DNA of 64,000 nt from an uncultured Chloroflexia bacterium (GCA_963825525.1 CAWGTN010000002.1:1472001-1536000); one strand, 5' to 3'; shown: positions 10,839-24,344, counted from the first letter of the stretch. Made by a program: numbers and translations. The notes: a model not told the origin generated them from the letters alone.

Positions 10839-10939
10839 GTTCAATCTCCTGGATCTCGTGAGTGGGTGCCGATCGGGACGACTCGCCCCGTGCCAGCGCA
10901 CACCAAAACGGGCCGAGTGATCAGCCCGCGGGACTCGGA

Positions 10940-10968
10940 ATTCTACCGGGCGATGGGAGGAGTGTCAA
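10940..10968 (-). promoter_or_regulatory. Sigma70-type promoter of rplU-rpmA-rpmE operon
   Basis: Minus strand TTGACA (10968-10963), 17 bp, TAGAAT (10945-10940). Confidence 0.8.
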
Positions 10969-11659
10969 CGAAGAGGAGCCGCGTTCGGACCGCCTTGCGC
11001 ACGCTCAGTGGAAGATCGAGGGCTTGCACCACGTCCTCCGGCCGGCCCGCGCCACTGGCATCGAGCTGGAGGACGGTGCGAAGGCGCGCCGTGCGCGCCG
11101 CCTCGTCGACCTCGAGAATCTCGACATCCTCGATCAACGGCCGGAGGTCCCGGCTCCCGGCATCACTCCGCCGCTCGCTCTCGCCGCGTCGTCGTTTGCC
11201 GCTGAGCTCGTCGGCGGCGAGCAATCGCACGACCGCACCGCGAAGGGCGTCCGAGCTCAGATCGTCGCGAGAGGAGACGTCGATCTCGTACTCGGCCCCA
11301 CGCAGCTGAGAGGCGGCGGATGGGAAGCCATGCCAGACCTCCTTGGCGTCGCGCATCGTGATGCCGTCCGGAAAATTGTCGCCGGCGGCCTGGATCTGAT
11401 CGATCGGCACCAGCTCGTCGAAGTAGGCCTCGACCACTTCGCCGCGCAGCTCCAGCCCGACCGGCAGGTTCGCGGCCAGCTTGATGCGCGGCCTCGGCTT
11501 GACCGCATGGGTGTAAGAGAGGGGCAGGTTCGCCTCGTTGAAAGCACGCTCAAGCTCGCCGACGAGGTCGGCTTGCCGCATTCGGAGTGCCGGATCGCTG
11601 CGGCTGAACAGGATCTGCCACCGCTGGCGTGGCGTGGCGTCGGTTGATGAGGTCGTCAT
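10943..11659 (-). CDS. DUF2344 / TIGR03936 radical-SAM-linked protein
   Basis: ERAFNEANLPLSYT...PRPRIKLAANLPVG, DLRPLI, GRPEDV; typical rodA-DUF2344-rplU context. Confidence 0.8.
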   Translation of the reverse strand: MTTSSTDATPRQRWQILFSRSDPALRMRQADLVGELERAFNEANLPLSYTHAVKPRPRIKLAANLPVGLELRGEVVEAYFDELVPIDQIQAAGDNFPDGITMRDAKEVWHGFPSAASQLRGAEYEIDVSSRDDLSSDALRGAVVRLLAADELSGKRRRGESERRSDAGSRDLRPLIEDVEILEVDEAARTARLRTVLQLDASGAGRPEDVVQALDLPLSVRKAVRTRLLFVDTPPIAR

Positions 11660-11716
11660 GGGCCACGATCGTACCCGCGATCCGGATCCGCGGCCAGTGC
11701 GGGCGCAAGCGGCAGG

Positions 11717-12853
11717 TCAGAGGGTCGGCTTGTGGGCCCGCATTCGAATCGACTGCAGGATCCCCATCCCGAACATGAGGCTGATGAGGCTCGAGCCGCC
11801 GTAGGTGACGAACGGAAGCGGGATCCCGGTGACCGGCATGACGCCGATGACCATGCCGATGTTCACCAGCACCTGGAACATGATCATGCTGGCCAGCCCG
11901 GCGGCGATCATCATTCCGAACGCGTCGCGCGCACGCCAGCCGATGAGCAGGATCCGCCACACCAGCAGACCGAACAGGGTGAGCACCACCGCGCCACCGA
12001 GGAAGCCGAGGTCCTCGGCGACCACGGTGAAGATGAAGTCCGTGGACTGGACCGGAATGTAGCCACGCTGGCCCTCCCCGCCGACCGTCAACCCCCGGCC
12101 CAGCCATCCGCCCGAGCCCACCGCGTTGAGGGCCTGGACCAGCTGGAAGCACGCACCCTGCGGATCGGCCAGCGGGTCCAGGAAGCAGAACAGCCGTTGC
12201 CGCTGATAGTCATGCAGCATGCCGACGGCGATTGGTGCGACGGCAACGATTCCGCCTGCCATGAGGCCCATCCACCCCAGGCTCGCGCCACTCAGGAAGA
12301 GCATGCCGGCCAGGATGCCGATGAAGACCAGCGCGGTGCCGAGATCGGGCTGGCGGAACACGAGGAAAGCGGGGATGGCCATGAGGGTCGCCCCGATGAG
12401 GATCGTCGACAGCCTTCCGATCCGTTCCCGACGTCCGGCGAGGAAGGCGGCCAGAACCGAGATCATGAGGACCTTGCTGACCTCGCTGAACTGGAAGTCC
12501 AGCCCGGCGACCGTCACCGACATCTGCGCCCCAAAGAGGTTGGTGCCGACCAGCATGGTGAGCGCCAACAGCCCGAGAACCACCAGGTAGATCGGCATGG
12601 CGAGCGTGCGCAGCCAGTGGTAGTCGACGCTGGCGACCACGAAGAAGAGCGTGAGCCCGATGGCGGCCCAGATGAGCGTCTTGACCGTCTCGCTGATCCC
12701 CGCCCCGCTCGACCCGTCGTTGAAGCCGGCCGAGAACCCCATCACGACGCCGAACCCGATGAGCAGGACGACGTAGAGGAGCAGCTGGAGGTCGAAGTGC
12801 CGCCAGTCCCGGCCCCGGAACGACTCGACCAGCGTGGCGGTTGCGACACCCAT
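11717..12853 (-). CDS. rodA: Rod shape-determining SEDS glycosyltransferase RodA
   Basis: FQFSEVSK, QPDLGT, AVGSGG, TDFIF, VTGIPLPFVTYGGSS; follows PBP2. Confidence 0.93.
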   Translation of the reverse strand: MGVATATLVESFRGRDWRHFDLQLLLYVVLLIGFGVVMGFSAGFNDGSSGAGISETVKTLIWAAIGLTLFFVVASVDYHWLRTLAMPIYLVVLGLLALTMLVGTNLFGAQMSVTVAGLDFQFSEVSKVLMISVLAAFLAGRRERIGRLSTILIGATLMAIPAFLVFRQPDLGTALVFIGILAGMLFLSGASLGWMGLMAGGIVAVAPIAVGMLHDYQRQRLFCFLDPLADPQGACFQLVQALNAVGSGGWLGRGLTVGGEGQRGYIPVQSTDFIFTVVAEDLGFLGGAVVLTLFGLLVWRILLIGWRARDAFGMMIAAGLASMIMFQVLVNIGMVIGVMPVTGIPLPFVTYGGSSLISLMFGMGILQSIRMRAHKPTL

Positions 12854-12855
12854 GA

Positions 12856-14769
12856 TCAGTTCGCCGTCACGAGGCTGAAGTCATTCGGGTCCAGGCGAAG
12901 ATCCTGGTCCAGGTCGTACTGGAGCTGGAGGAAGTACTTCACGACCTCGGCGGAGACGTTGCCTGGCACAACGGCCGAGTAGTTGAAGCTGACGATCGCC
13001 AGGTCGGCGTCCGTCGCACCGGCCTGGCTGGGCAGGTAGGCAACGAACCAGGAGTGGAACGGGAGCGTCCCCTCCTCGGTCAGCTCGCCGAATTCGGCCG
13101 TGCCGGTCTTGCCGGACAGGGCCCCGGGGAGGTCCAGGTCCCGGATGTTGTACGCGTGGCCGGTCGTGATCACCTCGCGGGCGCCGATGCGCATGGTCTG
13201 CAGGGTTTCGTCCGAGGCGGCGACCTCGTGAAGCACATCGGGCTCGTACTCGCGGACCAGGTCGCCGTGCTCATCGGTCTCGCCACGGACGATCTGCGGG
13301 CGCATGAGGTGGCCGCCGTTCGCCACCGCCGCATAGGCGTTCAGGACCTGCAGCGGCGTCACGGCGATCACGTTCTGCCCGATTCCGGCCTGTGCGACCT
13401 CGCCGGTGAACACGCCTGAGCGCCCCTGTCGCCGCGCCCATTCCGTGCTGGCGATGATTCCCTCCTCCTCGCCGGGGAGGCGGATGCCGGACAGCGCGCC
13501 GAAGCCGAGCTCGCTCGCCCAGTCGGCAAGCGGATCGATCCCGGTCTCGACCGCCATCTGGTAGAAGAACGTGTCGGAGCTCTTGGCGAAGGCGCCGACC
13601 ATGTCGAGCGGGCCGAAGCCCTGGCGGTTCCAGTCGTAGAGGCATTCGCCCTCCGGCGCGCCGGGGATCTGGTAGCAGCCGTAGGTCGGCCACTCTCTGG
13701 CGGGCGTGGTCACGCCCTCCTCCATGGCCGCGATGCCGGTGACGAGCTTGTACGTGGAGCCGGGCGGATAGATGTCGCTGATCGCGTGGTTGCGGAGGGG
13801 ACGCGCGGCATCGGCGAGGTAGACGTTGAAGTCGTCGGTGCTGATCCCGCGTGCGAACTTGTTGTTGTCATAGGCGGGCAGCGAGACCATGGCCAGGATC
13901 TCGCCGGTCTGTGGGTTCATGACCACCGTCACGCCCTGGCTGACGCCGGCGACCTCCATGCCCCACGTCAACGCCTGGGTTGCCCGGCGCTGGATGTCGG
14001 CGTCGATGGTCAGCATGAGGTTGGCGCCGGGCACCGGCTCGGTGAGCGTGCGGATGACCTTGAGCTGCCGGCCCGAGGCGTCCCGCTCCACGAGCTGCGA
14101 CCCGTACCGGCCGCGCAGCTCCTCCTCGAACGAGGCCTCGACCCCGGCCCGACCGATGATGTCGTCCGGCAGATAGCCCTCGTCCCTCAGGGCCGCGAGC
14201 TCGTCCCGGTTCACCGGTCCGGTGTAGCCGACGACGTGCGCCAGGAGCTGGCCGTTCTCGGCACCGGTCTCGTCCAGGTACTGGCGGATGGGGTCGACCG
14301 CCACGACCACTCCCGGGAGCGTTGCCGCTTCCTCACCGATGATGAGCGCCGCCTCCCGGCTCACGCCGCGGGCGACGGGTACAAGGTCGAACGGCGAGCC
14401 GACGAACGCATCGAGACGATCGGCGATGGCGCTGCGATCGACGCCGGCAATGCGGGCGATGCGATTGAGAACACGGTGGCGCTCGATCTCCGGCAGGTCG
14501 GCCGGGCGAATCTTGACGGTCCACGACGGGATGCTCACGGCGACCGGGCGGCCGTTGCGGTCGAAGATCAGGCCCCGCGGAGCGGGGATCGCCACCTCCA
14601 CCGTCCGGTCGGCTGCCGCCCGACCCGCGTAGACGTCGCCGTTCACGATCTGAAGCTGGAACAGCCTTCCACCGAGGGCCAGGAGCAACAGGGCCGCGAT
14701 GACCGAGAAGGCGGTGAATCGTGCCCGCGAGCGCGGCAGATCCACGCGGCCGTCGTTCAGGTCCGCCAT
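12856..14769 (-). CDS. mrdA: Penicillin-binding protein 2
   Basis: PAPRGLIFDRNG, PGSTYK (SxxK), SSDTFFY, GKTGTAE. Confidence 0.93.
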   Translation of the reverse strand: MADLNDGRVDLPRSRARFTAFSVIAALLLLALGGRLFQLQIVNGDVYAGRAAADRTVEVAIPAPRGLIFDRNGRPVAVSIPSWTVKIRPADLPEIERHRVLNRIARIAGVDRSAIADRLDAFVGSPFDLVPVARGVSREAALIIGEEAATLPGVVVAVDPIRQYLDETGAENGQLLAHVVGYTGPVNRDELAALRDEGYLPDDIIGRAGVEASFEEELRGRYGSQLVERDASGRQLKVIRTLTEPVPGANLMLTIDADIQRRATQALTWGMEVAGVSQGVTVVMNPQTGEILAMVSLPAYDNNKFARGISTDDFNVYLADAARPLRNHAISDIYPPGSTYKLVTGIAAMEEGVTTPAREWPTYGCYQIPGAPEGECLYDWNRQGFGPLDMVGAFAKSSDTFFYQMAVETGIDPLADWASELGFGALSGIRLPGEEEGIIASTEWARRQGRSGVFTGEVAQAGIGQNVIAVTPLQVLNAYAAVANGGHLMRPQIVRGETDEHGDLVREYEPDVLHEVAASDETLQTMRIGAREVITTGHAYNIRDLDLPGALSGKTGTAEFGELTEEGTLPFHSWFVAYLPSQAGATDADLAIVSFNYSAVVPGNVSAEVVKYFLQLQYDLDQDLRLDPNDFSLVTAN

Positions 14770-14776
14770 GAGGGCC

Positions 14777-15277
14777 TCACCAGGCGGGCGCTTCCTCCGG
14801 CGCCCAGCGCAGGACCAGCGCGCGTGCCGGGTAGATCAGGATGGCGACGACGACGGCGTTGAGGGCGGCCGCCCGCAGCAACAGATCAAGAGGCGGTGCG
14901 GCCGGAACGGCGTCGGTGACCATCTGCGAGATGAGCAGCGAGCCGACATCAGCCACGACGGACCCTGTGAATGCAGCGAGCACCGGATAGATCCATACGA
15001 GCCGACCGAAGGCGCGCGCACCGCCCGAGACCAGGACGGCCACGGTGAGCATGATCAAGGGCACCGATCCGAGGGGCTCGCCGACCAGCAGGTTCGCCGT
15101 CAGGCCCGCCACGAATGCCCACACCACTCCGGGCATGAAGCCGGCGATGCAAGTCACCAGGACGACCGACACCAGGACCAGGTTGGGCTTGACCCCGGCG
15201 ACCACGATGACCGGGGCCAGCGAGGCATGGAGGATGCCTGCGACGACGGCGAGGAGTGGGCTGATGTAGGTGATCGC
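14777..15277 (-). CDS. mreD: Rod shape-determining protein MreD (start codon not identifiable)
   Basis: Hydrophobic ORF AITYISPLLAVVAGILHASLAP...GVKPNLVLV...WAFVAGL directly upstream of mrdA. Confidence 0.75.
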   Translation of the reverse strand, partial: AITYISPLLAVVAGILHASLAPVIVVAGVKPNLVLVSVVLVTCIAGFMPGVVWAFVAGLTANLLVGEPLGSVPLIMLTVAVLVSGGARAFGRLVWIYPVLAAFTGSVVADVGSLLISQMVTDAVPAAPPLDLLLRAAALNAVVVAILIYPARALVLRWAPEEAPAW

Positions 15278-15356
15278 TGGGGTCCCCGGTGATGGCTGCT
15301 GCGGTCTCGTTGGCGTCGCAAAGTATACGGCGGGTGGTCTGCCGGCAGTCCCTCGA

Positions 15357-15365
15357 TGTGGATAA
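15357..15365. promoter_or_regulatory. Perfect DnaA box
   Basis: TGTGGATAA is the reverse complement of TTATCCACA. Confidence 0.7.
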
Positions 15366-15366
15366 G

Positions 15367-15437
15367 TGATTCACGTGAAACACCCGCGGGAGCCAGCTAA
15401 GAGGGGTGTCGAAAGACCGCCTGTCCCACGTGAAACT
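15367..15437. promoter_or_regulatory. Two parS sites upstream of parA
   Basis: TGATTCACGTGAAACA (15367-15382, 15/16 match to TGTTTCACGTGAAACA) and TGTCCCACGTGAAACT (15422-15437, 13/16). Confidence 0.85.
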
Positions 15438-15476
15438 GGTAGAATTGGGCTCAATAGAACTCGCAGCGGAGCACTC

Positions 15477-16230
15477 GTGGTCCGGGTCACGGCCTGTACG
15501 AACCAAAAGGGCGGCGTCGGAAAGACGACCACGGTCATCAACCTCGCAGCCTTCCTCGCGCTCTCCGGCACACGAACGCTCGTCATCGACCTCGATCCCC
15601 AGGGAAATGCGACCAGCGGCCTGGGTATCGATCGGCGATCGGTTAGCGGCTCCACCTACAACGCGCTGGTGGATCGCGTTCCGATCTCCGAGCTGGTGGT
15701 GCGAACCTCGGTGGAGGGTCTGGACCTCGTTCCGTCCGCGCCGGCGCTCTCGGGAGCCGAAGTCGAGCTGGTTGGCGCTACAGCGCGCGAGCGGCGACTG
15801 ACCGCGAGCCTGGCGGAGCTCAACGGGAATTACGAACGGGTGCTCATCGACTGTCCGCCATCGCTGGGACTCCTGACGCTCAACGCGCTGACGGCGGCCG
15901 ATGGAGTGCTGATCCCAATCCAGACCGAGTACTACGCCCTGGAGGGCCTGAGCCAGCTGGTGAACACCATCCGACGCGTCCGCGAAGGGCTGAACCCGCG
16001 CCTCGAGATCGAGGGCGTTCTGCTCACCATGTACGACGCACGAACGAATCTGTCGGCGCAGGTTGCGCGCGAGGTCCGAAGACACATGAACGGCAGCGTG
16101 TACGAGACCGTCGTTCCGCGCAGCGTCCGGCTGTCCGAGGCACCGAGCCATGGCGTCCCGATCGCGATCTACGACCCATCGTCTCGCGGCGCCAACGCGT
16201 ATCGCGACCTGGCAGGTGAGGTGACCGCCC

Positions 16231-16238
<8 letters not shown>
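15477..16238 (+). CDS. parA: Chromosome partitioning ATPase ParA/Soj
   Basis: NQKGGVGKTTT, DLDPQGNAT, DCPPSLG, EYYALEG, PRSVRLSEAPSHG. Confidence 0.96.
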
Positions 16239-19133
<2,895 letters not shown>

Positions 19134-19150
19134 AAGGCAGTCAGGGACCG

Positions 19151-19405
19151 ATGCCATCACGACACGCGGCCGACCTCAGGCAGGTCGCGAACAAGACGGG
19201 ACGCTCGCTCGACGAATGGTGCGAGCTGCTCGAGGCCAATGGGGTTGGCGACCGCCGCGAGGCGGTCAACATGCTCCGGGACTCGTATGCGGTGAGCCAC
19301 GCGTTCGCGCTGGCCATCGCCGACCAGTGTCTGCGCCGCTCGGACGACGCGGACGAGTGGGGCAGCGATCAGTACGACGAAGAGGAAGGCTCGGACCGCT
19401 GGTAG
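19151..19405 (+). CDS. Small DUF4287-like protein
   Basis: KTGRSLDEW...[16 protein letters not shown] pattern resembles DUF4287. Confidence 0.6.
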   Translation: MPSRHAADLRQVANKTGRSLDEWCELLEANGVGDRREAVNMLRDSYAVSHAFALAIADQCLRRSDDADEWGSDQYDEEEGSDRW

Positions 19406-19407
19406 TC

Positions 19408-19920
19408 ATGGAGGACAATGCGCGAAGCATCGGAGACAGCCGCTCGATCGTGGCAGCGGATGGGCGGCGCTACGCGTTCGCCGATCACAACTGCTTCGCG
19501 TGCGGCGGCGAAAATCCGATCGGCATGCGCCTGCACATCGAGCTCGGCGAAGGCAGCGCCCGCGCCACCTGGACCGCCGGCGACAACTACGTCGGCTGGA
19601 GCGACAAGGTCCACGGCGGAATCATCGCCACGCTCCTCGATGAGGTGATGGCCTGGGCGCCCTCGAGCTACGACTCGTGGGCGGTGACGGCCGAGATGTC
19701 AGTCCGCTACCGATCGTCGGCGCTGCCGGGCGAGGAGTTGGCGGCAACCGGACGCGTGACGGAGCGACGGCGACGGATCTACACGGTCGCCGGCGAGGTT
19801 CGCGGTGCGGATGGCCGCCTCATCGCCGAAGGCCGAGGCCGCTACCTGGGAGCATCTCCATCGCAGAAGGCGGAGCTCAAGCAGCGATACGGCCAGGCGC
19901 CGGGTACGGCCGGCGAATGA
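19408..19920 (+). CDS. PaaI-family hotdog thioesterase
   Basis: HNCFACGGENPIGM, VHGGIIATLLDEVM, VTAEMSVRY. Confidence 0.88.
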   Translation: MEDNARSIGDSRSIVAADGRRYAFADHNCFACGGENPIGMRLHIELGEGSARATWTAGDNYVGWSDKVHGGIIATLLDEVMAWAPSSYDSWAVTAEMSVRYRSSALPGEELAATGRVTERRRRIYTVAGEVRGADGRLIAEGRGRYLGASPSQKAELKQRYGQAPGTAGE

Positions 19921-19977
19921 GCACGAACATGACAGGCGCGACATTCGCGACATTCGCGACAATGAGGACATAGACCG

Positions 19978-22488
19978 ATGGAAATGGAACGGATCGGCAA
20001 CGTGCGGCCGGTCGCGATCGAAGACGAGATGCGGACCGCGTACATCGACTACGCGATGAGCGTCATCGTCTCGCGCGCGTTGCCCGACGTGCGCGACGGA
20101 CTCAAGCCCGTCCATCGGCGAATTCTCTACACGATGCACGAGATGGGCCTTCGCTCGAACGCCGCCTATCGGAAGTGCGCGGGCGTGGTCGGCGAGACGA
20201 TGGCCAAGTACCACCCCCATGGTGACCTGGCGCTGTACGAGACGCTGGTGCGCATGGCCCAGGACTTCAGCCTGCGTTACCCGCTGGTCGACGGCCAGGG
20301 CAACTTCGGCTCGGTGGACGGCGACCCGCCCGCCGCCATGCGGTACACCGAGGCGCGGATGAGCGCCATCACCGACGAGATGCTGGCGGACATCGAGAAG
20401 GAGACCGTCGACTTCGTCGAGAACTACGACGGCCGCCTGCGCCAGCCGACCGTCCTGCCGTCGAGGTTGCCGAACCTGCTGGTCAACGGCTCCTCCGGGA
20501 TCGCCGTCGGGATGGCCACGAACATTCCGCCGCACCACCTCAACGAGATCTGCGACGCCATCGCCGCCCTCATCGACAACCCCGACATGAGCGTCGACGA
20601 CCTGTGCGAGATCGTCACCGGGCCCGACTTCCCGACCGGCGGCACGATCTTCCGCTACGAAGAGAACCGGAACCCGATGACGGGCGAGAAGGAACGCGTC
20701 GACGCCATCCGTCACCTCTATGCGACCGGCCGTGGCCGAATCGTCGTCCGCGGACAGGTTGCCTTCGAGGAGGCCCGAGGCGGCATGGCCGTCGTCATCA
20801 CCGAGCTGCCGTACCAGGTCAACAAGACCACCCTGATCGAGAAGATGGCGGATCTCGTGGCGTCGAAGAAGATCACCGACGTACGCGACCTTCGCGACGA
20901 AAGCGACAGGGACGGCATGCGGATCGTGGTGGAGGTCAAGCGCGACGGTTCGCCGCACACCGTCATGCAGCAGCTCTTCAAGCACACGCCGCTCCAGACC
21001 ACCTTCAGCGCCAACATGCTCGCGCTCGTCGACGGCCAGCCGCAGACGCTGGGCCTCAAGAAGATGCTTGAGCACTACATCACGCACCGCCGCGACATCG
21101 TGCGGCGTCGGACCGAGTTCGACCTGGCGCGTGCCAAGGAGCGTGCCCACGTCCTCGAGGGGCTGAAGATCGCCCTCGACAACCTCGACGAGGTCATCGC
21201 CACCATTCGGGCCGCTGCCGACGTCGACACCGCGCGTGCAGCGCTCATGAAGCGCTTCGGACTGTCCGACGTCCAGGCCAATGCCATCCTTGAGATGCAG
21301 CTGCGGCGGCTGGCGGCACTCGAGCGCAAGAAGATCGAGGACGAGTACAAGGCCATCATCCAGCTCATCAGCGAGCTCGAGGATCTCCTTGCCAACCCCC
21401 GCAAGATCCTGCTCGTCATCAAGGAGGAGCTTGCGGCGCTCGCGAAGCGCTACGGCGACGAACGGAAGACGCGGATCCAGGCCGATGCCAACCGCGAGCT
21501 GACCGCCGAGGACCTCGTGCAGGCCGAGGACGTGGTCGTCACCCTCAGCCAGCGCGGCTACATCAAGCGCCAGCCGATCAGCACGTTCCGCTCTCAGCGT
21601 CGCGGAGGGCGCGGCAAGCTCGCCATGCTGACGCGCGAGGAGGACGCGGTCCGCCACCTGCTGGTGGCGAACACGCACGACAACATCCTCTTCTTCACGA
21701 ATCGCGGCCGCGTGTTCATCACCAAGGTGCACACGCTGCCCGATGCGTCACGACAGGCGAAGGGCCTGCCGATCATCAACCTGCCGGGCGTGCAGGTGGA
21801 GCAGCGCGAGTACGTGAGCGCCATCATCAGCCTCCCGCAGTTCGAGCCGGGCAACTACCTCGTCATGGCCACGCGGCGCGGCATGATCAAGAAGACGTCG
21901 CTCGAGGACTACGCCAAGATCCGCGCCAACGGGCTCATCGCCATCAACCTCCTCGACGGCGACGAGCTCCAGTGGGTCGGCCTGTCCGATGGCCAGAACG
22001 ACATCATCGTCGCCACCCGGAAGGGACAGGCCGCGCGCTTCAAGGAGTCCGAGGTCCGGCCGCTGGGTCGCGGGACACAGGGCGTGACGGCAATCCGGCT
22101 CAAGAAGGACGACGAGGTCATCGGCATGGAGGTCGTCGAGCACCTCGAGGAGCAGCTCCTGGTCGTGACCGAGCAGGGCTTCGGGAAGCGGACCGACGTC
22201 TCCGACTTCCCCGTGAAGCATCGGGCCACCGGCGGCGTCATCGCCAACTCGCTGAACAAGGAGACCGGCGACGTGGCCGCGATCCGGCTGGTCGGCAAGG
22301 AGGACGAGGAGCTCATGCTGATCACCGAGTTCGGCACGATCCTGCGGACCGAGGTCGGCGGCATCAACCGCTACCGACGAGCGTCGCGCGGGGTCACCGT
22401 CATGAAGCCGCAGGACGGTGACCACATCGTCAGCATCACGGTCTTCGTCGACGATCGCGTGCCGGAAGAGGTACCGGAGGGGGAGTAG
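19978..22488 (+). CDS. gyrA: DNA gyrase subunit A
   Basis: [29 protein letters not shown], GyrA-box QRRGGRG. Confidence 0.97.
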   Translation: MEMERIGNVRPVAIEDEMRTAYIDYAMSVIVSRALPDVRDGLKPVHRRILYTMHEMGLRSNAAYRKCAGVVGETMAKYHPHGDLALYETLVRMAQDFSLRYPLVDGQGNFGSVDGDPPAAMRYTEARMSAITDEMLADIEKETVDFVENYDGRLRQPTVLPSRLPNLLVNGSSGIAVGMATNIPPHHLNEICDAIAALIDNPDMSVDDLCEIVTGPDFPTGGTIFRYEENRNPMTGEKERVDAIRHLYATGRGRIVVRGQVAFEEARGGMAVVITELPYQVNKTTLIEKMADLVASKKITDVRDLRDESDRDGMRIVVEVKRDGSPHTVMQQLFKHTPLQTTFSANMLALVDGQPQTLGLKKMLEHYITHRRDIVRRRTEFDLARAKERAHVLEGLKIALDNLDEVIATIRAAADVDTARAALMKRFGLSDVQANAILEMQLRRLAALERKKIEDEYKAIIQLISELEDLLANPRKILLVIKEELAALAKRYGDERKTRIQADANRELTAEDLVQAEDVVVTLSQRGYIKRQPISTFRSQRRGGRGKLAMLTREEDAVRHLLVANTHDNILFFTNRGRVFITKVHTLPDASRQAKGLPIINLPGVQVEQREYVSAIISLPQFEPGNYLVMATRRGMIKKTSLEDYAKIRANGLIAINLLDGDELQWVGLSDGQNDIIVATRKGQAARFKESEVRPLGRGTQGVTAIRLKKDDEVIGMEVVEHLEEQLLVVTEQGFGKRTDVSDFPVKHRATGGVIANSLNKETGDVAAIRLVGKEDEELMLITEFGTILRTEVGGINRYRRASRGVTVMKPQDGDHIVSITVFVDDRVPEEVPEGE

Positions 22489-22524
22489 GTCGAGGCTTCG
22501 GCCCACCGAGCAGCGGTCGGGACT

Positions 22525-22881
22525 CTACCGCGACTTCGGCGACTTCGGCGCCTTGACGGGGAGCGAGGCCGCGTAGGCCACGCCACGCTGGACCCACTCC
22601 GCCAGTGCCTCATCGGTGCGGACCGCATCGGCGTCGATGTGCAGCCACCCCGGCATGGGACGCCCACGCATCTCCATCGGCTTGGCGACCCCCTCGCCGG
22701 CGCGCTGCGGCGATTGGCTCGGATCCGTCCGCACCATGATGCCGCCCTGACCGTTTGCGGCCACCGCCATGTTGCCGCCGATGAGAAATGCCAGCCCGCC
22801 GAACATCCTCTGCTCGCGCAGGTCCTGCTGCTCGCGGATCAGCTCGCGAATCCGGGCAGCAAGGCTCTCGTCGTATGCCAT
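22525..22881 (-). CDS. TfoX/Sxy N-terminal domain protein
   Basis: MAYDESLAARIRE...EQRMFGGLAFLIGGNM...MRGRPMPGW...LPVK. Confidence 0.85.
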   Translation of the reverse strand: MAYDESLAARIRELIREQQDLREQRMFGGLAFLIGGNMAVAANGQGGIMVRTDPSQSPQRAGEGVAKPMEMRGRPMPGWLHIDADAVRTDEALAEWVQRGVAYAASLPVKAPKSPKSR

Positions 22882-22920
22882 GTGCTCATCGTAGTGCGCG
22901 GGCGTGCCACCGACCAACTC

Positions 22921-23163
22921 AATCCGGGCTGAGCTCGAAGTACTCATCCGGGTTGGCCCCTCGAGTACCCGATCCGGGTTGCCCCTCGAAAGATCGAGTG
23001 GGGTTTCACCCAGGCCCCCGTTGGCGTGCGGATCCCTCGGTATATCGAGCGCTGACACGCGTGAACGGCGCGCGGCGGAGCACCCCATGCGTGTGGGCAC
23101 TCGATATATCGAGCATTTGACGCCCAACTGCCCCCTCCCGTGAAGATCCCGCGAAATATCGAG
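22921..23163. repeat. Intergenic array of four 14-bp palindromes (consensus CTCGATATATCGAG) preceded by three ~25-bp tandem repeats
   Basis: Copies at 22985, 23036, 23100 and 23150; ATCCGGG...CTCGA units at 22921-22998. Confidence 0.7.
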
Positions 23164-23309
23164 GCCGGCGCGCGGCGTCCAGGGCAGCGGCGAACTGGGA
23201 GTGAACCGGCCGAGGCTCAAGCGCCTCGTGGACAACAATGCGCGAGCGGGGACGCCGACGTCCGGTAGAATCAACCGAGCCTGACCCCAGCGCCGCAGGA
23301 GACGACGCC

Positions 23310-24344
23310 GTGTACGCCGACGAGTTCAGTATCTACGCCGGCAACGCGAATCGGCCGCTCGCCGAGCGCATCACGCGCTACCTCAAGACCCAGCTCGGCG
23401 AGGTCGAGGTGTTCCAGTTCGCGAACGAGAACATCTTCGTCCGGGTCATGGAGAACGTCCGCGAGCAGGATGTCTTCCTGGTCCAGCCCACCAGCCGGCC
23501 CGTGAACCAGTCGATCATGGAGCTCCTGATCATGATCGACGCGTTCAAGCGCGCATCGGCCGGGCGCATCACGGCCGTCATCCCGCACTACAGCTACGGT
23601 CGCTCCGACAAGAAGGACCAGCCGCGGGTGCCGATCACGGCGCGCCTCATCGCCGACATGCTGACCGTCGCCGGAGCTGACCGCGTCCTCACCATGGACC
23701 TGCACCAGGGTCAGATCCAGGGCTTCTTCAGCATCCCGGTGGACGAGCTGACCGCGGTCAACCTCATCTGCGCCCACATCAAGTCGAAGCAGCTCGACGA
23801 CATCGTGGTCGTCTCCGAGCTGGGATTCGCGAAGAAGGCTCGAAACTTCGCCGAGCTCCTGTCCGCGCCCCTGGCCATCGTCGAGAAGCGCCGGCTGGGC
23901 AACGAGGATCGAACCGAGGTGATGAACATCATCGGCGAGGTCGGCGGCAAGACGGCGGTGATCATCGATGACGAGGTCGACACCGCGGGATCGCTGATGG
24001 AGGCGGTCGGCGCGCTCCAGGCGGCCGGCGCGCGCGCGATCTACAGCTGCGCGACGCACGGTGTCTTCTCCGGCTCCGCACTCGAGCGCATCGCCAACTC
24101 GCCCCTCACCGAGGTCATCGTCACCGACACGATTCCATTGCCGCCGGAAGCCGACGATCCGCGCATCACGGTGCTCAGTGTGGCGCCACTCTTCGGCGAG
24201 GCGATCCGCCGCATCCACCGCGGCGAAAGCGTCGGCGCGCTCTTCAGCTCCGAGGTCCAGCTCGTGGAGGAGATGACGTTCTGGGACGAGGACGCCGACG
24301 ACGAGCCGATCGTCGAACCCTTCCAGGTGAGCGCGGGCGCCTGA
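23310..24344 (+). CDS. prs: Ribose-phosphate pyrophosphokinase
   Basis: FANENIFV, MELLIMIDAFKRASA, YGRSDKK, DLHQGQIQGFF, IIDDEVDTAGS, ATHGVFS; AGGAG before GTG. Confidence 0.95.
   Translation: MYADEFSIYAGNANRPLAERITRYLKTQLGEVEVFQFANENIFVRVMENVREQDVFLVQPTSRPVNQSIMELLIMIDAFKRASAGRITAVIPHYSYGRSDKKDQPRVPITARLIADMLTVAGADRVLTMDLHQGQIQGFFSIPVDELTAVNLICAHIKSKQLDDIVVVSELGFAKKARNFAELLSAPLAIVEKRRLGNEDRTEVMNIIGEVGGKTAVIIDDEVDTAGSLMEAVGALQAAGARAIYSCATHGVFSGSALERIANSPLTEVIVTDTIPLPPEADDPRITVLSVAPLFGEAIRRIHRGESVGALFSSEVQLVEEMTFWDEDADDEPIVEPFQVSAGA

Noticed and set aside
22985-23163. Palindrome array as a CRISPR array
   Set aside because: Repeats are only 14 bp and degenerate, spacers 1 and 3 resemble each other, and there are no cas genes in the window.
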